Of a DNA stretch of 62,597 nt, positions 26,562-37,086 are shown one piece after another. The translations under genes were made by a program, and so were the position numbers. Below the pieces are notes generated by a model. The model searched no databases. It was not told the DNA's origin and saw only the letters and a program-made list of their open reading frames with translations. This DNA comes from Polyangia bacterium (GTDB taxonomy: Bacteria; Myxococcota_A; Polyangia; Fen-1088). The DNA lies in contig DASYEX010000349.1 in the NCBI GenBank assembly GCA_036498765.1, positions 1 to 62,597 on the forward strand. The letters run 5' to 3'. Numbering within the stretch: position 1 is the stretch's first letter; each line of letters opens with the position of its first letter.

Positions 26562-27970
26562 GCGCGCGCCCCCTCGGCGTGGTGCGGCTGCGCGGCGGTC
26601 TGCCCGCGGGGCAGCGTCAGCTCGAGGCAGGTGAGGTCGCCCGCCCGCGCGTAGGTCAGATCGCCGCCGTGGGCGCGGGCGATCGCGCGTGAGATGGCCA
26701 GCCCCAGCCCGGTCCCATCGGGTTTGGTGGTGAAGAACGGCTCGAAGATCTCGCCCGCGCGGCCCGCCGGGACGCCCGCGCCGTGGTCCACGATCCGCAC
26801 CCGCACGCCGTCCTCGTCGGCTTCGACCCGCGCCTCGACGGCGGCGCCGTCCGGTGAAGCCTCGACGGCGTTTCGCAGCACGTTGTCGAGCGCCCGCGCG
26901 AGCGCGTCGCCGTCGCCGACCACCTCCCCGGCCCCGGACGCCGCGATCGTCACCCGGCGCAGCGCTGCCCAGGGGGCGAGCGCCTCGGCGCGCGCCCACA
27001 TCAGGGTCCCCAGGTCGAGCGCGGTGCGCTCCCCGAGCGCGCGGCCCGAGACGATCAGCAGATCGGCCACCAGCCGGTCGAGCCGCGTGATCTCTGACGA
27101 GGCGTGATCGATGGCCGCCCGGGCCTCGGGCGGCAGCGCCACGCCGCCGCCGGCGGCCAGATCGAGCCGCAGCTTGATCGAGGCGAGCGGGTTGCGCACC
27201 TCGTGCGCGACGCCCGCCACCACGCGCCCCAGCGCCGCCAGCCGCTCCTGGCGGGCGAGGTCGCGCCCCATCCGATCCTGAATCCGGCGCGCCTCGTCGA
27301 GCCGGCGCGCCAACGCGCCGATCCCGACGGCGATGTCGTCGAGCTCACGGATCTCCGAGCGGGGGACGGCCGCCGAGAGATCGTCGCCCAGCGCCGTGAG
27401 CGCGCCCTGAAGGCCGGCGGCGGCGCGCTTCACCGACACGAGCGAGTACGATGCGGCCGCCACCAGCAGGAGCGCCGAGAACGCCAGCGCGACCACCATG
27501 AGCCGCCAGCTCTGCAGGGTGGGCGACGGCCGAACGAAATCCGCCGCCCAGAGCAACTCGCCCCGAGGGCCGGGCGCCACGTGGGCCACCAGCTGCCCTC
27601 CGTCGACGTCGAACTCGGCCTCGGCGGGCGCGGCGCTGCCGGCGGCCCGCGCGGCGGTGGCCCGCATGGCCTCACGCCAGCTCACGGGCACGGCCGCGGC
27701 TATCGCCGCCGGCGCGGTCGCCCCGCGCGCCACGCCGGCGCGCAAGCCGACGACCGTCGAGACCGTCGAAGCGATCGCGTCGGGGCCCAGCCTCGCCAGC
27801 CGTTCGATCTCGTCGCGCACCGCCTCGCGCCCGCGCTCGAGGCGCTGGGCGCGGGTGACCGAGATGGCGCGGTAGAGGGCGTCACCCGAAAGCGCCGCCG
27901 TGACCAGGCCCAGCACCGCCACCGCCGCCAAGCGAGGCCTGATTCCACGCCCGATCATTCGGGGCTCCAT
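26558..27970 (-). CDS. Sensor histidine kinase (two TM segments, periplasmic domain, HAMP-like, HisKA, HATPase)
   Basis: TM1 LAAVAVLGLVTAALSG and TM2 LMVVALAFSALLLVAAASY. H-box VAHEVRNPLASIKL. DHGAGVP...FEPFFTTKPDGTGLGLAISRAIARAHGG. Confidence 0.9.
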
Positions 27971-28154
27971 CCGCGGGGTTGCACGCGGTCCTCGTCAAGC
28001 AAGCGCGATACCGCCCGGTTGTATCGCCGGTGCCGCGTCCGACCCGCCCGGAAGATGCCTCGAGGTCCGACAGGTGTTCAGAATCGATACAGGTTACAAC
28101 CGGCCGATCTGCCTGGCCAGACCGCGCCACCGCCCTCTTTCGGGTGCCGGCCGC

Positions 28155-28169
28155 TGGCCCAGAAGTTGC
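28155..28169 (+). promoter_or_regulatory. Sigma-54-like promoter candidate upstream of the efflux operon
   Basis: TGGCCC-AGAAG-TTGC (GG-N10-GC with an exact TTGC -12 element), 62 nt upstream of ATG 28231. It lies in the 260-nt divergent region shared with the kinase/activator operon. Confidence 0.4.
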
Positions 28170-28230
28170 GGAGGAGGCGCAGCCGGAGCCGAGTACCGTT
28201 CCGACGAACTTGAAGCTAGTCTCGCCGCCC

Positions 28231-29616
28231 ATGCCACCCCGACCGTTCGCCCTGCTGACGATCCCGCTCGTGATGATCGGGATCTTCGCGGTGGCTTCGG
28301 CGGCCGACGACGGCGGGGCTTCCGCGGCGACGGCCCTGACCCTCCACCAGGCGGAGCAGACGGCGCTGAAAAACCAACCGACCGTGCACGAGGCGCAGGG
28401 CCTGCTGGAGGCGGCGCAGGGGCGGGTCGAGGAGGCGCGTGCGGGTTACTTACCGCAGGTGACCCTGGGTGGGACGTACGAGCGGACGACCGGCAACTTC
28501 GCCAGCCGACCGGGGACCCTGCCTCAAAGCCTGATGACTTCCGGGATGGGGGGCGGCTCGGGGACCATGGTCACGGCCGCGGCGGCGCCGATCGGCTGGA
28601 ACCCGAAGTACAACTACTTCCAGCTCAACCTCGGGGCGAGCCAGCTGATCTACGACTTCGGCCAGACCAGCAACAAGTGGGCGTCGGCCGGCGCCAGCCG
28701 CGATGCCGCGAACGAAAATACGCGGACCGCAACGCTCCAGAGCCTGTTGAACGTGCGGCGCGCCTACTTCGTCGCACGTGCGAACCGGGATCTGGTGTCG
28801 GTCGCCGACGAGACCGTGCACAATCAGGAGAAGCACGTCGAGCAGACCCAGGCGTTCGTTCGCACCGGGATCCAGCCGGACATCAACCTTGCGACCGTGC
28901 AGACCGCGCTGGCCAATGCCAAGGTTCAGCTGGTGACGGCGCGAAACAACTACGCGGTGGCGGAGGCGCAGCTCTCGCAGGCGATGGGCGTGTCGGTCAG
29001 CGAGCGCTACGCGCTCTCTGATGACGAGGTGCCGCCCATCGGCGGCGAGGACGGCGAGTCCGCGCCGCTGGTCGAGCGCGCCGAGAAGAACCGCCCAGAG
29101 ATCGCCAACCTCGCCAACCAGCGGCGGGCCCAGGAGCTCACGGTCAGCTCGCTCAAAGGCAGTTACGGGCCTAGTCTGAGCGCGATCGGGAACCTCTCGG
29201 ACACCGGCACCGAGGTCGACTCGCTGACGCCCAACTGGTACATCGGGCTGGGCCTGACCTGGAACCTCCTGCAGGGAGGCCTCACGCGCGGTCAGGTCCG
29301 CGAAGCCAACGGCACGCTGGAGAACATCCGCGGCCAGGAGCAAGCGATACGCCTCCAGGTTCAGGTCGACGTCGAGCAGGGGCGCCTCGGCGTGCAGGCC
29401 GCCAAGGCCACCATCGGCGCCGCCGACGAGGCGCTGGTGAACGCGCGCAGCCAGCTCACGCTGGCCGAGAAGCGCTACGAGCACGGCCTGGGCAGCGCCG
29501 TCGAGCTGGGCGACGCGCAGGTCGCCTACACGAGCGCCGAGGCGCAGGTGGTGCAAGCGAAGTTCAACCTGGCGGCGGCGCGCGCGCAGCTGCTGGCCGC
29601 CTTGGGGGCAGAATGA
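28231..29616 (+). CDS. TolC-family outer membrane efflux protein
   Basis: Signal MPPRPFALLTIPLVMIGIFAVASA (start re-picked; in-frame TTG 28210 is an alternative). LTLHQAEQTALKNQPTV...AGYLPQV and a second half-repeat LVERAEKNRPEIANL...YGPSLSAIG are typical OEP repeats. Confidence 0.88.
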   Translation: MPPRPFALLTIPLVMIGIFAVASAADDGGASAATALTLHQAEQTALKNQPTVHEAQGLLEAAQGRVEEARAGYLPQVTLGGTYERTTGNFASRPGTLPQSLMTSGMGGGSGTMVTAAAAPIGWNPKYNYFQLNLGASQLIYDFGQTSNKWASAGASRDAANENTRTATLQSLLNVRRAYFVARANRDLVSVADETVHNQEKHVEQTQAFVRTGIQPDINLATVQTALANAKVQLVTARNNYAVAEAQLSQAMGVSVSERYALSDDEVPPIGGEDGESAPLVERAEKNRPEIANLANQRRAQELTVSSLKGSYGPSLSAIGNLSDTGTEVDSLTPNWYIGLGLTWNLLQGGLTRGQVREANGTLENIRGQEQAIRLQVQVDVEQGRLGVQAAKATIGAADEALVNARSQLTLAEKRYEHGLGSAVELGDAQVAYTSAEAQVVQAKFNLAAARAQLLAALGAE

Positions 29617-30866
29617 CAGCGACGATCGCGACGACCTGGAGACGATCCTGGCGGGCCCTGGCGCTCGTATCCATCTTGGCGGCGGCCGGCTGCGGGAAGA
29701 GCGCCGGCGGGGCCGCGCCGGGCGCCCGGGGGGGCGGCGCCGATCGCCCGATCCCGGTGCTCGTCTCCGAGGCGGTCACCCGGGACGTCCCGATTTATCT
29801 CGAAGGGCTCGGCACCGTGACCGCCTACAAGACGGTCAACGTGCGTGCGCAGGTCGACGGGCGCCTCGACAAGGTCGTCTTCCGCGAGGGCCAGGCGGTC
29901 AAGCACAACGAGATGCTGGCGCAGATCGACCCGCGCCCGTTCCAGATCCTGCTGGAGCAGGGTAAAGCGGCGCTGACCCGCGACCAGGCCCAGCTGGACG
30001 GCGCCAAGCGCGACCTCGACCGCTACGAGGCGGTCGGCGGACAGCACCTCTTGCCCCAGCAGCAGATCGACGACCAGCGCGCCCTGGTCGCTCAACTGAC
30101 CGGAACGGTCCAGAACGACCACGCGACGATCGACAACGCCAAGCTGCAGCTCGACTATGCGCGCATCAAGTCGCCCATCGACGGCATCACCGGCGTGCGC
30201 CTGGTCGATCCCGGCAACCTCGTCCATGCCGCCGACGCGGGCGGCATCGTGGTGGTGACGCAAATGGATCCCATCGCGGTGCTGTTCACGCTGCCGCAGG
30301 ACGACCTGCCGAACGTGGCCAAGCAGCAGGCCGCGGGCGCGCTGGTGGTCGAGGCCCGCAGCCGCGACGGCGCCCAGCTGCTGGCGACCGGGACGCTGGA
30401 GCTCATCGACAACCAGATCAACCAGGGGACGGCGACGATGCGTCTCAAGGCGATCTTTCCGAACCCCGATCGCGCGCTGTGGCCGAACCAGTTCGTCAAG
30501 GCGCGGCTGCGTCTGATGGTGCGCCGCAACGCGCTGGTGATCCCGGCGGTGGCCGTGCAGCGCGGGCCGCAAGGCTCCTTCGTCTATGTCGCGAGCGGGG
30601 AGAAGGCCGAGCTGCGCAACGTCACCGTCGAGCGGATCGAGGGCGAGGACGCGCTGCTCACCCAAGGGGTCGCCGCCGGGGAGAAGGTCGTGCGTGAGGG
30701 GCAGAGCCAGCTGCGTCCTGGGGCCAAGCTGTCGCTGCGCGAGACCGGCGGGGAGACCGGCGGTGGTCAACGTGGCGCCGGCGGCGCGGGCCCGGGTGCC
30801 GCCGGCGGGGCGCCGCCCCCGGCCGGCGGCCACGGCAAGCGCGGAGGCCGCAAGGAGCCTCAGTGA
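29613..30866 (+). CDS. RND efflux membrane-fusion (periplasmic adaptor) lipoprotein, MdtA-like
   Basis: Lipobox LAAAGC. IDPRPFQILLEQGKAALTRDQAQLDGAKRDLDRY, YARIKSPIDGITGVRLVDPGNLV. ATGA overlap with the tolC-like gene. Confidence 0.9.
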   Translation: MTATIATTWRRSWRALALVSILAAAGCGKSAGGAAPGARGGGADRPIPVLVSEAVTRDVPIYLEGLGTVTAYKTVNVRAQVDGRLDKVVFREGQAVKHNEMLAQIDPRPFQILLEQGKAALTRDQAQLDGAKRDLDRYEAVGGQHLLPQQQIDDQRALVAQLTGTVQNDHATIDNAKLQLDYARIKSPIDGITGVRLVDPGNLVHAADAGGIVVVTQMDPIAVLFTLPQDDLPNVAKQQAAGALVVEARSRDGAQLLATGTLELIDNQINQGTATMRLKAIFPNPDRALWPNQFVKARLRLMVRRNALVIPAVAVQRGPQGSFVYVASGEKAELRNVTVERIEGEDALLTQGVAAGEKVVREGQSQLRPGAKLSLRETGGETGGGQRGAGGAGPGAAGGAPPPAGGHGKRGGRKEPQ

Positions 30867-33800
30867 ACATCTCCGAGCTCTGCATCCGGCGCCCGGTCGG
30901 GACGTCGCTGCTGATGATCGGCGTGGCGGTGGCTGGGATAGCCGCCTACAACCAGCTGCCGGTCTCGGCGCTGCCGCAGGTCGACTACCCGACCATCGTG
31001 GTCTCCACGATCCTCCCCGGGGCCAGCGGCGACACGATGGTCTCGGCGGTGACGACGCCGCTCGAGCGGCAGCTCGGGCAGATCCCGTCGCTCGCGCATC
31101 TGACCTCGGTCTCCAGCGCGGCCAGCTCGCAGATCACGCTGCAGTTCACCCTCGACCGCGACATCGACTCGGCCGAGCAGGACGTGCAAGCGGCGATCAA
31201 CGCCGCGTCGAACCTGTTGCCGCGCACGCTGCCGACGCCGCCCACCTACAGCAAGAGCAACCCGGCCGACGTACCGGTCATCTCGCTGGCGGTCCGTTCC
31301 GAGACCTCGCCCCTCTCGGTCGTCGACGACTACGCCGACTCGATCCTGGCCCAGAAGCTGTCGCAGGTCTCCGGCGTCGGCCTGGTCACGCTCAACGGCG
31401 GACAGCGCCCGGCGGTGCGCGTACAGGTCGATCCGGTGGCCCTGGCCGGGCGCGGCCTCGGTCTCGAGGACGTCCGGGGCGTCCTGGCGCTGGCCAACGT
31501 CAACCAGCCGAAAGGGAACCTGGACGGCCCCCGCCAGAACTACCTGGTGTCGGCCAATGACCAGCTGGCGTCGGCCGAGGGCTACAAGCCACTGGTGATC
31601 GCCTACCAGAACGGCGCGGCGGTTCGGCTCTCGGACATCGCCACGGTGCTCGACGGCGTCGAGAACGCGCAGCTGGCGGGCTGGGCCAACGAGCACCCGG
31701 CCGTCATCCTCAACGTCCAGCGGCAGCCGGGCGCCAACCTCATCGAGGTGGCCGAGCGGGTCAAGACGCTCCTCCCCCGCCTCGAGGCCTCGTTGCCGCA
31801 GGGGATCAAGGTCGACGTCCTCTCCGACCGCACCGAGACGGTCCGCGCCTCGGTGCGCGACGTCGAGTTCACGCTCATCCTGACCATGATCCTGGTCGTG
31901 GCGGTCATCTATCTCTTCTTGCGCACGCTGCGCGCCACGATCATCCCCGGCGTGGCCGTGCCGCTGTCGCTGATCGCGACGTTCGGCATCATGCTCTTGC
32001 TCGGCTACAGCCTGAACAACCTGACGCTGATGGCCCTCACCATCTCGACCGGTTTCGTCGTCGACGACGCCATCGTGATGATCGAGAACATCGCGCGGCA
32101 CATCGAGGAGGGCGATCCCCCTTTCACCGCGGCGCTCAAGGGGTCCAAACAGATCGGGTTCACCATCATCTCGCTGACCGTCTCGCTGGTGGCGGTGCTC
32201 ATCCCACTGCTGTTCATGGGCGGGATCATCGGACGACTGTTCCGCGAGTTCGCGGTCACGCTGAGCACGGCCATCGTCGCCTCGGCGATCATCTCGCTGA
32301 CCCTCACCGCCATGATGTGCGGCCACATCCTTCGTCCCGTTCGCAAGGAGGACGAAGGGCGGATCGCGCGCGCGTCGGAAGCGGCGTTCGACTGGATGGT
32401 GGGGATCTACGACAAGGGCCTGCGCTGGGTCCTCGACCACCAGGCCATCACGCTGACGGCGACGATCGCCACCGTGGCGCTCACCTTCTTCCTGGCCGTC
32501 GTCATCCCCAAGGGGCTCTTCCCGCAGCAGGACACCGGCATGCTGCAGGGGATCACCGAGGCGCCCATCGACGTCTCGTTCCCGGCCATGATGCAGCGCC
32601 AGCAGGCCGCCGTCGACATCGTCCGCGTCGACCCCGACGTCGAGAACGTGGCCTCGTTCATCGGCGCCGACGGCACCAACCCGACGCTGTCGACTGGCCG
32701 TCTCTCCATCACGCTCAAGAGCCGCGGGGAGCGCAAGGCCGGCGCCCAGGAGATCATCGATCGGCTGAACGCCAAGCTCTCACAGGTCATCGGTCTGACC
32801 GTCTACCTGCAAGCGGTGCAAGATCTCCAGCTCTCGAGCCAGGTGAGCCGCACGCAGTACCAGTACACGATCGAGGACGCCGACCCCAAGGAGCTCGCGA
32901 CCTGGGCGCCCCAGATCCTCGAGCGCATGAAGCAGCTCCCCGAACTGGCCGACGTGGCCAGTGACCAGCAGGACGGCGCGCTGCAGATGACGCTGGTGAT
33001 CGACCGCGACAGTGCGTCGCGGATGGGGATTACGGCGCAGGCGATCGACGACACGCTGTACGACGCCTTCGGGCAGCGTCCCGTCTCGACCATCTTCACG
33101 CAGCTCAACCTCTATCGCGTGATCCTGGAGGTGACGCCCGAGTATCAGTCGAGCCCGGCGGGTCTCGGGCAGATCTACATGCGGTCGACGACGGGCCAGG
33201 CGGTGCCGCTCAGCGCGTTCGCGCACTTCGAGCAGACGCAGACAGCCGTCTCCATCGCCCACGAAGGGCAGTTTCCCGCCGTGACGCTCTCTTTCAATCT
33301 GGCGCCGGGGGCCGCGCTGGGAGACGCGGTGCGATCCATCAAGGACACGGTGGCCGACATGGGCGCGCCGGTCGGCCTGCACGCCGACTTCCAGGGCGCG
33401 GCCGCCGCCTTCGGCGACTCGCTGTCGACGGAGCCGCTCCTGATCCTGGCAGCCATCGTCACCGTCTACATCGTGCTGGGCGTGCTCTACGAGAGCTACA
33501 TCCACCCCATCACGATCCTCTCGACGCTCCCTTCGGCCGGCGTCGGAGCGTTCCTGGCGCTGCTGCTCTGCCGCTCCGAGTTCTCGATCATCGCGCTCAT
33601 CGGGATCGTGCTGCTCATCGGCATCGTCAAGAAGAACGCCATCATGATGATCGACTTCGCGCTCGAGGCCGAGCGCGAGCAGGGCAAGTCGCCGCGCGAC
33701 GCCATCCACCAGGCCTGCCTGCTGCGCTTCCGGCCGATCATGATGACCACCATGGCCGCACTCCTCGGCGGCGTGCCGCTGGCGCTGGGCACCGGGATCG

Positions 33801-33997
33801 GCGCCGAGCTGCGCCGCCCGCTCGGCATCACCATCGTGGGCGGCCTGCTCGTCTCGCAGGTGCTGACGCTCTACACGACGCCGGTCATCTACCTCTACAT
33901 GGAGCGGCTGGCAGCGCGCTTCCGCCGCCGTCCCAAGCGCGCCCCCGAGGGGGCCGACAGCCCCAACCTCCCCGCGCCCGCGCCCGAGACGCCATGA
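30863..33997 (+). CDS. RND (HAE1) inner-membrane efflux transporter, MdtB-like
   Basis: ISELCIRRPVGTSLLMIGVAVAGIAAYNQLPVSALPQVDYPTIVV, 12-TM layout, 1044 aa. GTGA overlap upstream. Confidence 0.95.
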   Translation: MNISELCIRRPVGTSLLMIGVAVAGIAAYNQLPVSALPQVDYPTIVVSTILPGASGDTMVSAVTTPLERQLGQIPSLAHLTSVSSAASSQITLQFTLDRDIDSAEQDVQAAINAASNLLPRTLPTPPTYSKSNPADVPVISLAVRSETSPLSVVDDYADSILAQKLSQVSGVGLVTLNGGQRPAVRVQVDPVALAGRGLGLEDVRGVLALANVNQPKGNLDGPRQNYLVSANDQLASAEGYKPLVIAYQNGAAVRLSDIATVLDGVENAQLAGWANEHPAVILNVQRQPGANLIEVAERVKTLLPRLEASLPQGIKVDVLSDRTETVRASVRDVEFTLILTMILVVAVIYLFLRTLRATIIPGVAVPLSLIATFGIMLLLGYSLNNLTLMALTISTGFVVDDAIVMIENIARHIEEGDPPFTAALKGSKQIGFTIISLTVSLVAVLIPLLFMGGIIGRLFREFAVTLSTAIVASAIISLTLTAMMCGHILRPVRKEDEGRIARASEAAFDWMVGIYDKGLRWVLDHQAITLTATIATVALTFFLAVVIPKGLFPQQDTGMLQGITEAPIDVSFPAMMQRQQAAVDIVRVDPDVENVASFIGADGTNPTLSTGRLSITLKSRGERKAGAQEIIDRLNAKLSQVIGLTVYLQAVQDLQLSSQVSRTQYQYTIEDADPKELATWAPQILERMKQLPELADVASDQQDGALQMTLVIDRDSASRMGITAQAIDDTLYDAFGQRPVSTIFTQLNLYRVILEVTPEYQSSPAGLGQIYMRSTTGQAVPLSAFAHFEQTQTAVSIAHEGQFPAVTLSFNLAPGAALGDAVRSIKDTVADMGAPVGLHADFQGAAAAFGDSLSTEPLLILAAIVTVYIVLGVLYESYIHPITILSTLPSAGVGAFLALLLCRSEFSIIALIGIVLLIGIVKKNAIMMIDFALEAEREQGKSPRDAIHQACLLRFRPIMMTTMAALLGGVPLALGTGIGAELRRPLGITIVGGLLVSQVLTLYTTPVIYLYMERLAARFRRRPKRAPEGADSPNLPAPAPETP

Positions 33998-36900
33998 ACA
34001 TCTCGGCGCCGTTCGTCCGCCGGCCGATCGCCACCTCGCTGCTGGCGGCGGCGGTGATCCTGGCGGGGCTCGTCGCCTACCGCGGCCTTCCGGTCGCGCC
34101 GCTCCCGCGCGTCGACTTCCCGACCATCCAGGTCTCGGGCGCGCTTCCCGGCGCCAGCCCCGACACGATGGCCTCTTCGGTGGCGACACCGCTCGAGCGC
34201 CGCTTCGGCCGCATCGCGGGGCTGACCGAGATGACCTCGGTCAACACGCTCGGCGCGACGTCGATCACGCTGCAGTTCGACATCGACCGCGACATCACCG
34301 GCGCCGCGCGTGACGTCCAGGCCGCCATCAACGCCTCGCTGGCCGAGCTTCCCCCCAACCTGCCGAGCCTCCCCAACTACCGCAAGGTCAACCCCGCCGA
34401 TTCGCCCATCCTGATCCTCTCGCTCACCTCGAAGACGCTGCCGCTGGCCCAGGTGTTCGACGCCGCCAACAGCATCCTGGCCCAGAAGATGTCGCAGATC
34501 GACGGCGTCGGCCAGGTGTACGTGGGCGGCGGGCAGCAGCCGGCCGTGCGCGTGCAGATCGATCAGGAGGCATTGGCGGGGCGCGGGCTGTCGCTGGAAG
34601 ATGTCCGGACCGCCCTGGCCGCCTCGACCGCCAACCAGCCCAAGGGGACGCTGACCGGCAAGAACGTCACCTACAACATCGCCGCCACCGACCAACTGCT
34701 GGGCGCCGCCGCGTATCGCAACCTCGTCGTCTCGTACCAGAACGGCGCCACAGTCCGCCTGGGCGACGTCGCCAATGTATTCGACGACGTCGAGAACAAC
34801 CGCCTGGCCGGCTGGATCGACGGCCAGCGCTGCGTCCTCATGATCATCCGCCGCCAGCCCGGCGCCAACATCCTCTCCACCATCGAAGGGGTCAAGAAGG
34901 CCCTCCCCTACCTGCGGCAGTCGATCCCGCCGGGCATCGACGTCAGCGTGGCGGTCGACCGCACCACCACCATCCGCGCCTCGGTCCACGACGTCGAGCG
35001 GACGCTGATCCTGAGCGTCCTCTTGGTGACGGCGGTCGTCTTCATCTTCCTGCGCAGCGCGCGCGCCACCGCCATCCCCAGCATCGCGGTCCCGCTCTCG
35101 CTGGTGGGGACCTTCGGTGTCATGTACCTGCTCGGCTACAGCATCGACAACTTGTCGCTGATGGCGCTCACCATCTCGACCGGGTTCGTCGTCGACGACG
35201 CCATCGTCGTCACCGAAAACATCGCCCGCCTCATTGAAGACGGCAAGACACCGCTGCAGGCGGCGTTCGAGGGGGCGCGCCAGATCGGCTTCACGATCGT
35301 CTCCATCACGGTCTCGCTCATCGCCGTCTTCATCCCCATTTTGCTGATGGGCGGGATCATCGGGCGCCTGTTCCGGGAGTTCGCCGTCACGCTCAGCATC
35401 GCGGTCGCGCTGTCGGGCCTCGTCTCGCTCACCGTGACCCCCACCATGGCCGGCCGGCTCCTGCGCCCGGTGAAGGAGGGACAGCTCGGCTGGTTCGCGC
35501 GCCACTCCGAGCGCGCCTTCGCCGCGCTGGTGCGCGGCTACGACCGGGGCCTGCGCTGGGTCCTCCGCCATTCATTCGTCATGCTGCTGCTGACGATCGG
35601 CACCCTCGGCGTGACCGTCCTGCTCGCCATTCGCGTCCCCAAGGGGCTGTTCCCGCAGCAGGACACCGGGATGCTGGCCGGTTTCTCCGAGGCCTCCCAG
35701 GACATCTCATCGCAGGCGATGCGCCACGCGCAGGAGAAGGTGAACCAGATCGTCCAGCAGGATCCCGACGTCGAGCACGTCATCGCCTTCGTGGGCGGCT
35801 CGAGCGGCGGCGGCAACACGGGGACCGTGTTCATCAGCCTCAAGGACTACGACAAGCGCAAGAGCACCGCCGATCAGATCATCGGCCGCCTGCGTCCCAA
35901 GCTGGGCAAGGTCCCGGGGATCACCCTGTTCCTGCAGGCGGTGCAGGACGTGCGGATGGGGGGCCGCTCCTCGCGGACGCAGTACCAGTACGCGCTGGAG
36001 GACGCCGATCTCGCCGAGCTGCAAGAGTGGGGGCCCAAGGTGCTGGCCAAGCTCAAGAGCCTGCCGCAGCTCCGCGACGTGGCGACCGATCAGCAGACCG
36101 CGGGTCTCATGCTGACGGTCGACGTCGATCGCGACAGCGCCAGTCGGGTGGGCATCGGCATGGACGCGGTCGACAACACGCTGTACGACGCCTTCGGGCA
36201 GCGCCAGGTGGCGACCTCGTTCACGCCGCTCAACTACTACCGCGTCGTGCTGGAGGCGTCGCCCCAACAACAGGCCAGTCCCGACCAACTGGTCCACGTC
36301 TACGTCCGCGGCGCCAACGGCGCGCTGGTCCCGCTGCCGAGCATCGCCAAGGTCCGCGCCACGCCGACCCCGCTGGCGGTGACGCATCAAGGACAATTCC
36401 CCGCCACCACGCTCTCTTTCAACCTGGCGCCGGGCGCCGCGCTCGGCGACGCCGTCAAGGTGGTCGACGCGGCCACGCGCCAGATCGGCCTGCCGTCGGG
36501 TGTCCACGCCAGCTTCCAGGGGACGGCCCAGGCGTTCGGCGCCTCCCTCTCCAGCGAGCCGTGGCTCATCGCGGCCGCGCTGTTCGTGGTCTACGTCGTG
36601 CTCGGCATGCTGTACGAGAGCCTCATCCACCCCATCACCATCCTGTCGACGCTGCCGTCGGCCGCCCTGGGGGCGCTGGTGGCCTTGTTCGTGTTCCGCA
36701 CCGACTTCAGCATCATCGCCCTCATCGGCGTGGTCCTCCTGCTGGGGATCGTCAAGAAGAACGCCATCATGATGATCGACTTCGCGCTGGAGGCCGAGCG
36801 CCGCGAGGGGCTGGAGCCCGCCGAGGCGATCCGGCGCGCCTGCCTGCTCCGCTTCCGCCCCATCCTCATGACCACGCTGGCCGCCCTGTTCGGCGCGGTG

Positions 36901-37083
36901 CCGCTGGCCATCGGCTTCGGCGCCGGCTCCGAGCTGCGCCAGCCGCTCGGCATCACCATCGTCGGCGGCCTCTGCGTCTCGCAGCTCATGAACCTCTTCT
37001 CGACGCCGGTCATCTACCTCTACCTCGATCGCCTCCGCCGCGACCGCGCCTACGAGCACCAGCACGCAACCGCCGAGGTGTAA
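33994..37083 (+). CDS. RND (HAE1) inner-membrane efflux transporter, MdtC-like
   Basis: ISAPFVRRPIATSLLAAAVILAGLVAYRGLPVAPLPRVDFPTIQV, 1029 aa. ATGA overlap upstream. Paralogous to the preceding gene. Confidence 0.95.
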   Translation: MNISAPFVRRPIATSLLAAAVILAGLVAYRGLPVAPLPRVDFPTIQVSGALPGASPDTMASSVATPLERRFGRIAGLTEMTSVNTLGATSITLQFDIDRDITGAARDVQAAINASLAELPPNLPSLPNYRKVNPADSPILILSLTSKTLPLAQVFDAANSILAQKMSQIDGVGQVYVGGGQQPAVRVQIDQEALAGRGLSLEDVRTALAASTANQPKGTLTGKNVTYNIAATDQLLGAAAYRNLVVSYQNGATVRLGDVANVFDDVENNRLAGWIDGQRCVLMIIRRQPGANILSTIEGVKKALPYLRQSIPPGIDVSVAVDRTTTIRASVHDVERTLILSVLLVTAVVFIFLRSARATAIPSIAVPLSLVGTFGVMYLLGYSIDNLSLMALTISTGFVVDDAIVVTENIARLIEDGKTPLQAAFEGARQIGFTIVSITVSLIAVFIPILLMGGIIGRLFREFAVTLSIAVALSGLVSLTVTPTMAGRLLRPVKEGQLGWFARHSERAFAALVRGYDRGLRWVLRHSFVMLLLTIGTLGVTVLLAIRVPKGLFPQQDTGMLAGFSEASQDISSQAMRHAQEKVNQIVQQDPDVEHVIAFVGGSSGGGNTGTVFISLKDYDKRKSTADQIIGRLRPKLGKVPGITLFLQAVQDVRMGGRSSRTQYQYALEDADLAELQEWGPKVLAKLKSLPQLRDVATDQQTAGLMLTVDVDRDSASRVGIGMDAVDNTLYDAFGQRQVATSFTPLNYYRVVLEASPQQQASPDQLVHVYVRGANGALVPLPSIAKVRATPTPLAVTHQGQFPATTLSFNLAPGAALGDAVKVVDAATRQIGLPSGVHASFQGTAQAFGASLSSEPWLIAAALFVVYVVLGMLYESLIHPITILSTLPSAALGALVALFVFRTDFSIIALIGVVLLLGIVKKNAIMMIDFALEAERREGLEPAEAIRRACLLRFRPILMTTLAALFGAVPLAIGFGAGSELRQPLGITIVGGLCVSQLMNLFSTPVIYLYLDRLRRDRAYEHQHATAEV

Positions 37084-37086
37084 GCG

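Noticed and set aside
26562-26999. N-terminal 146-aa extension of the response-regulator ORF. Similar upstream extensions occur in ORFs 27979..29616, 14258..15199, 20262..22865, 41056..42246, 42095..42916, 44135..46240, 12007..13113, 57814..58944 and 59301..61079.
   Set aside because: The extensions are Arg/Gly-rich, overlap the preceding gene or promoter, and precede obvious native N-termini (receiver domain or signal peptide), often with an RBS or a 4-nt stop/start overlap. Starts were re-picked accordingly and remain predictions.
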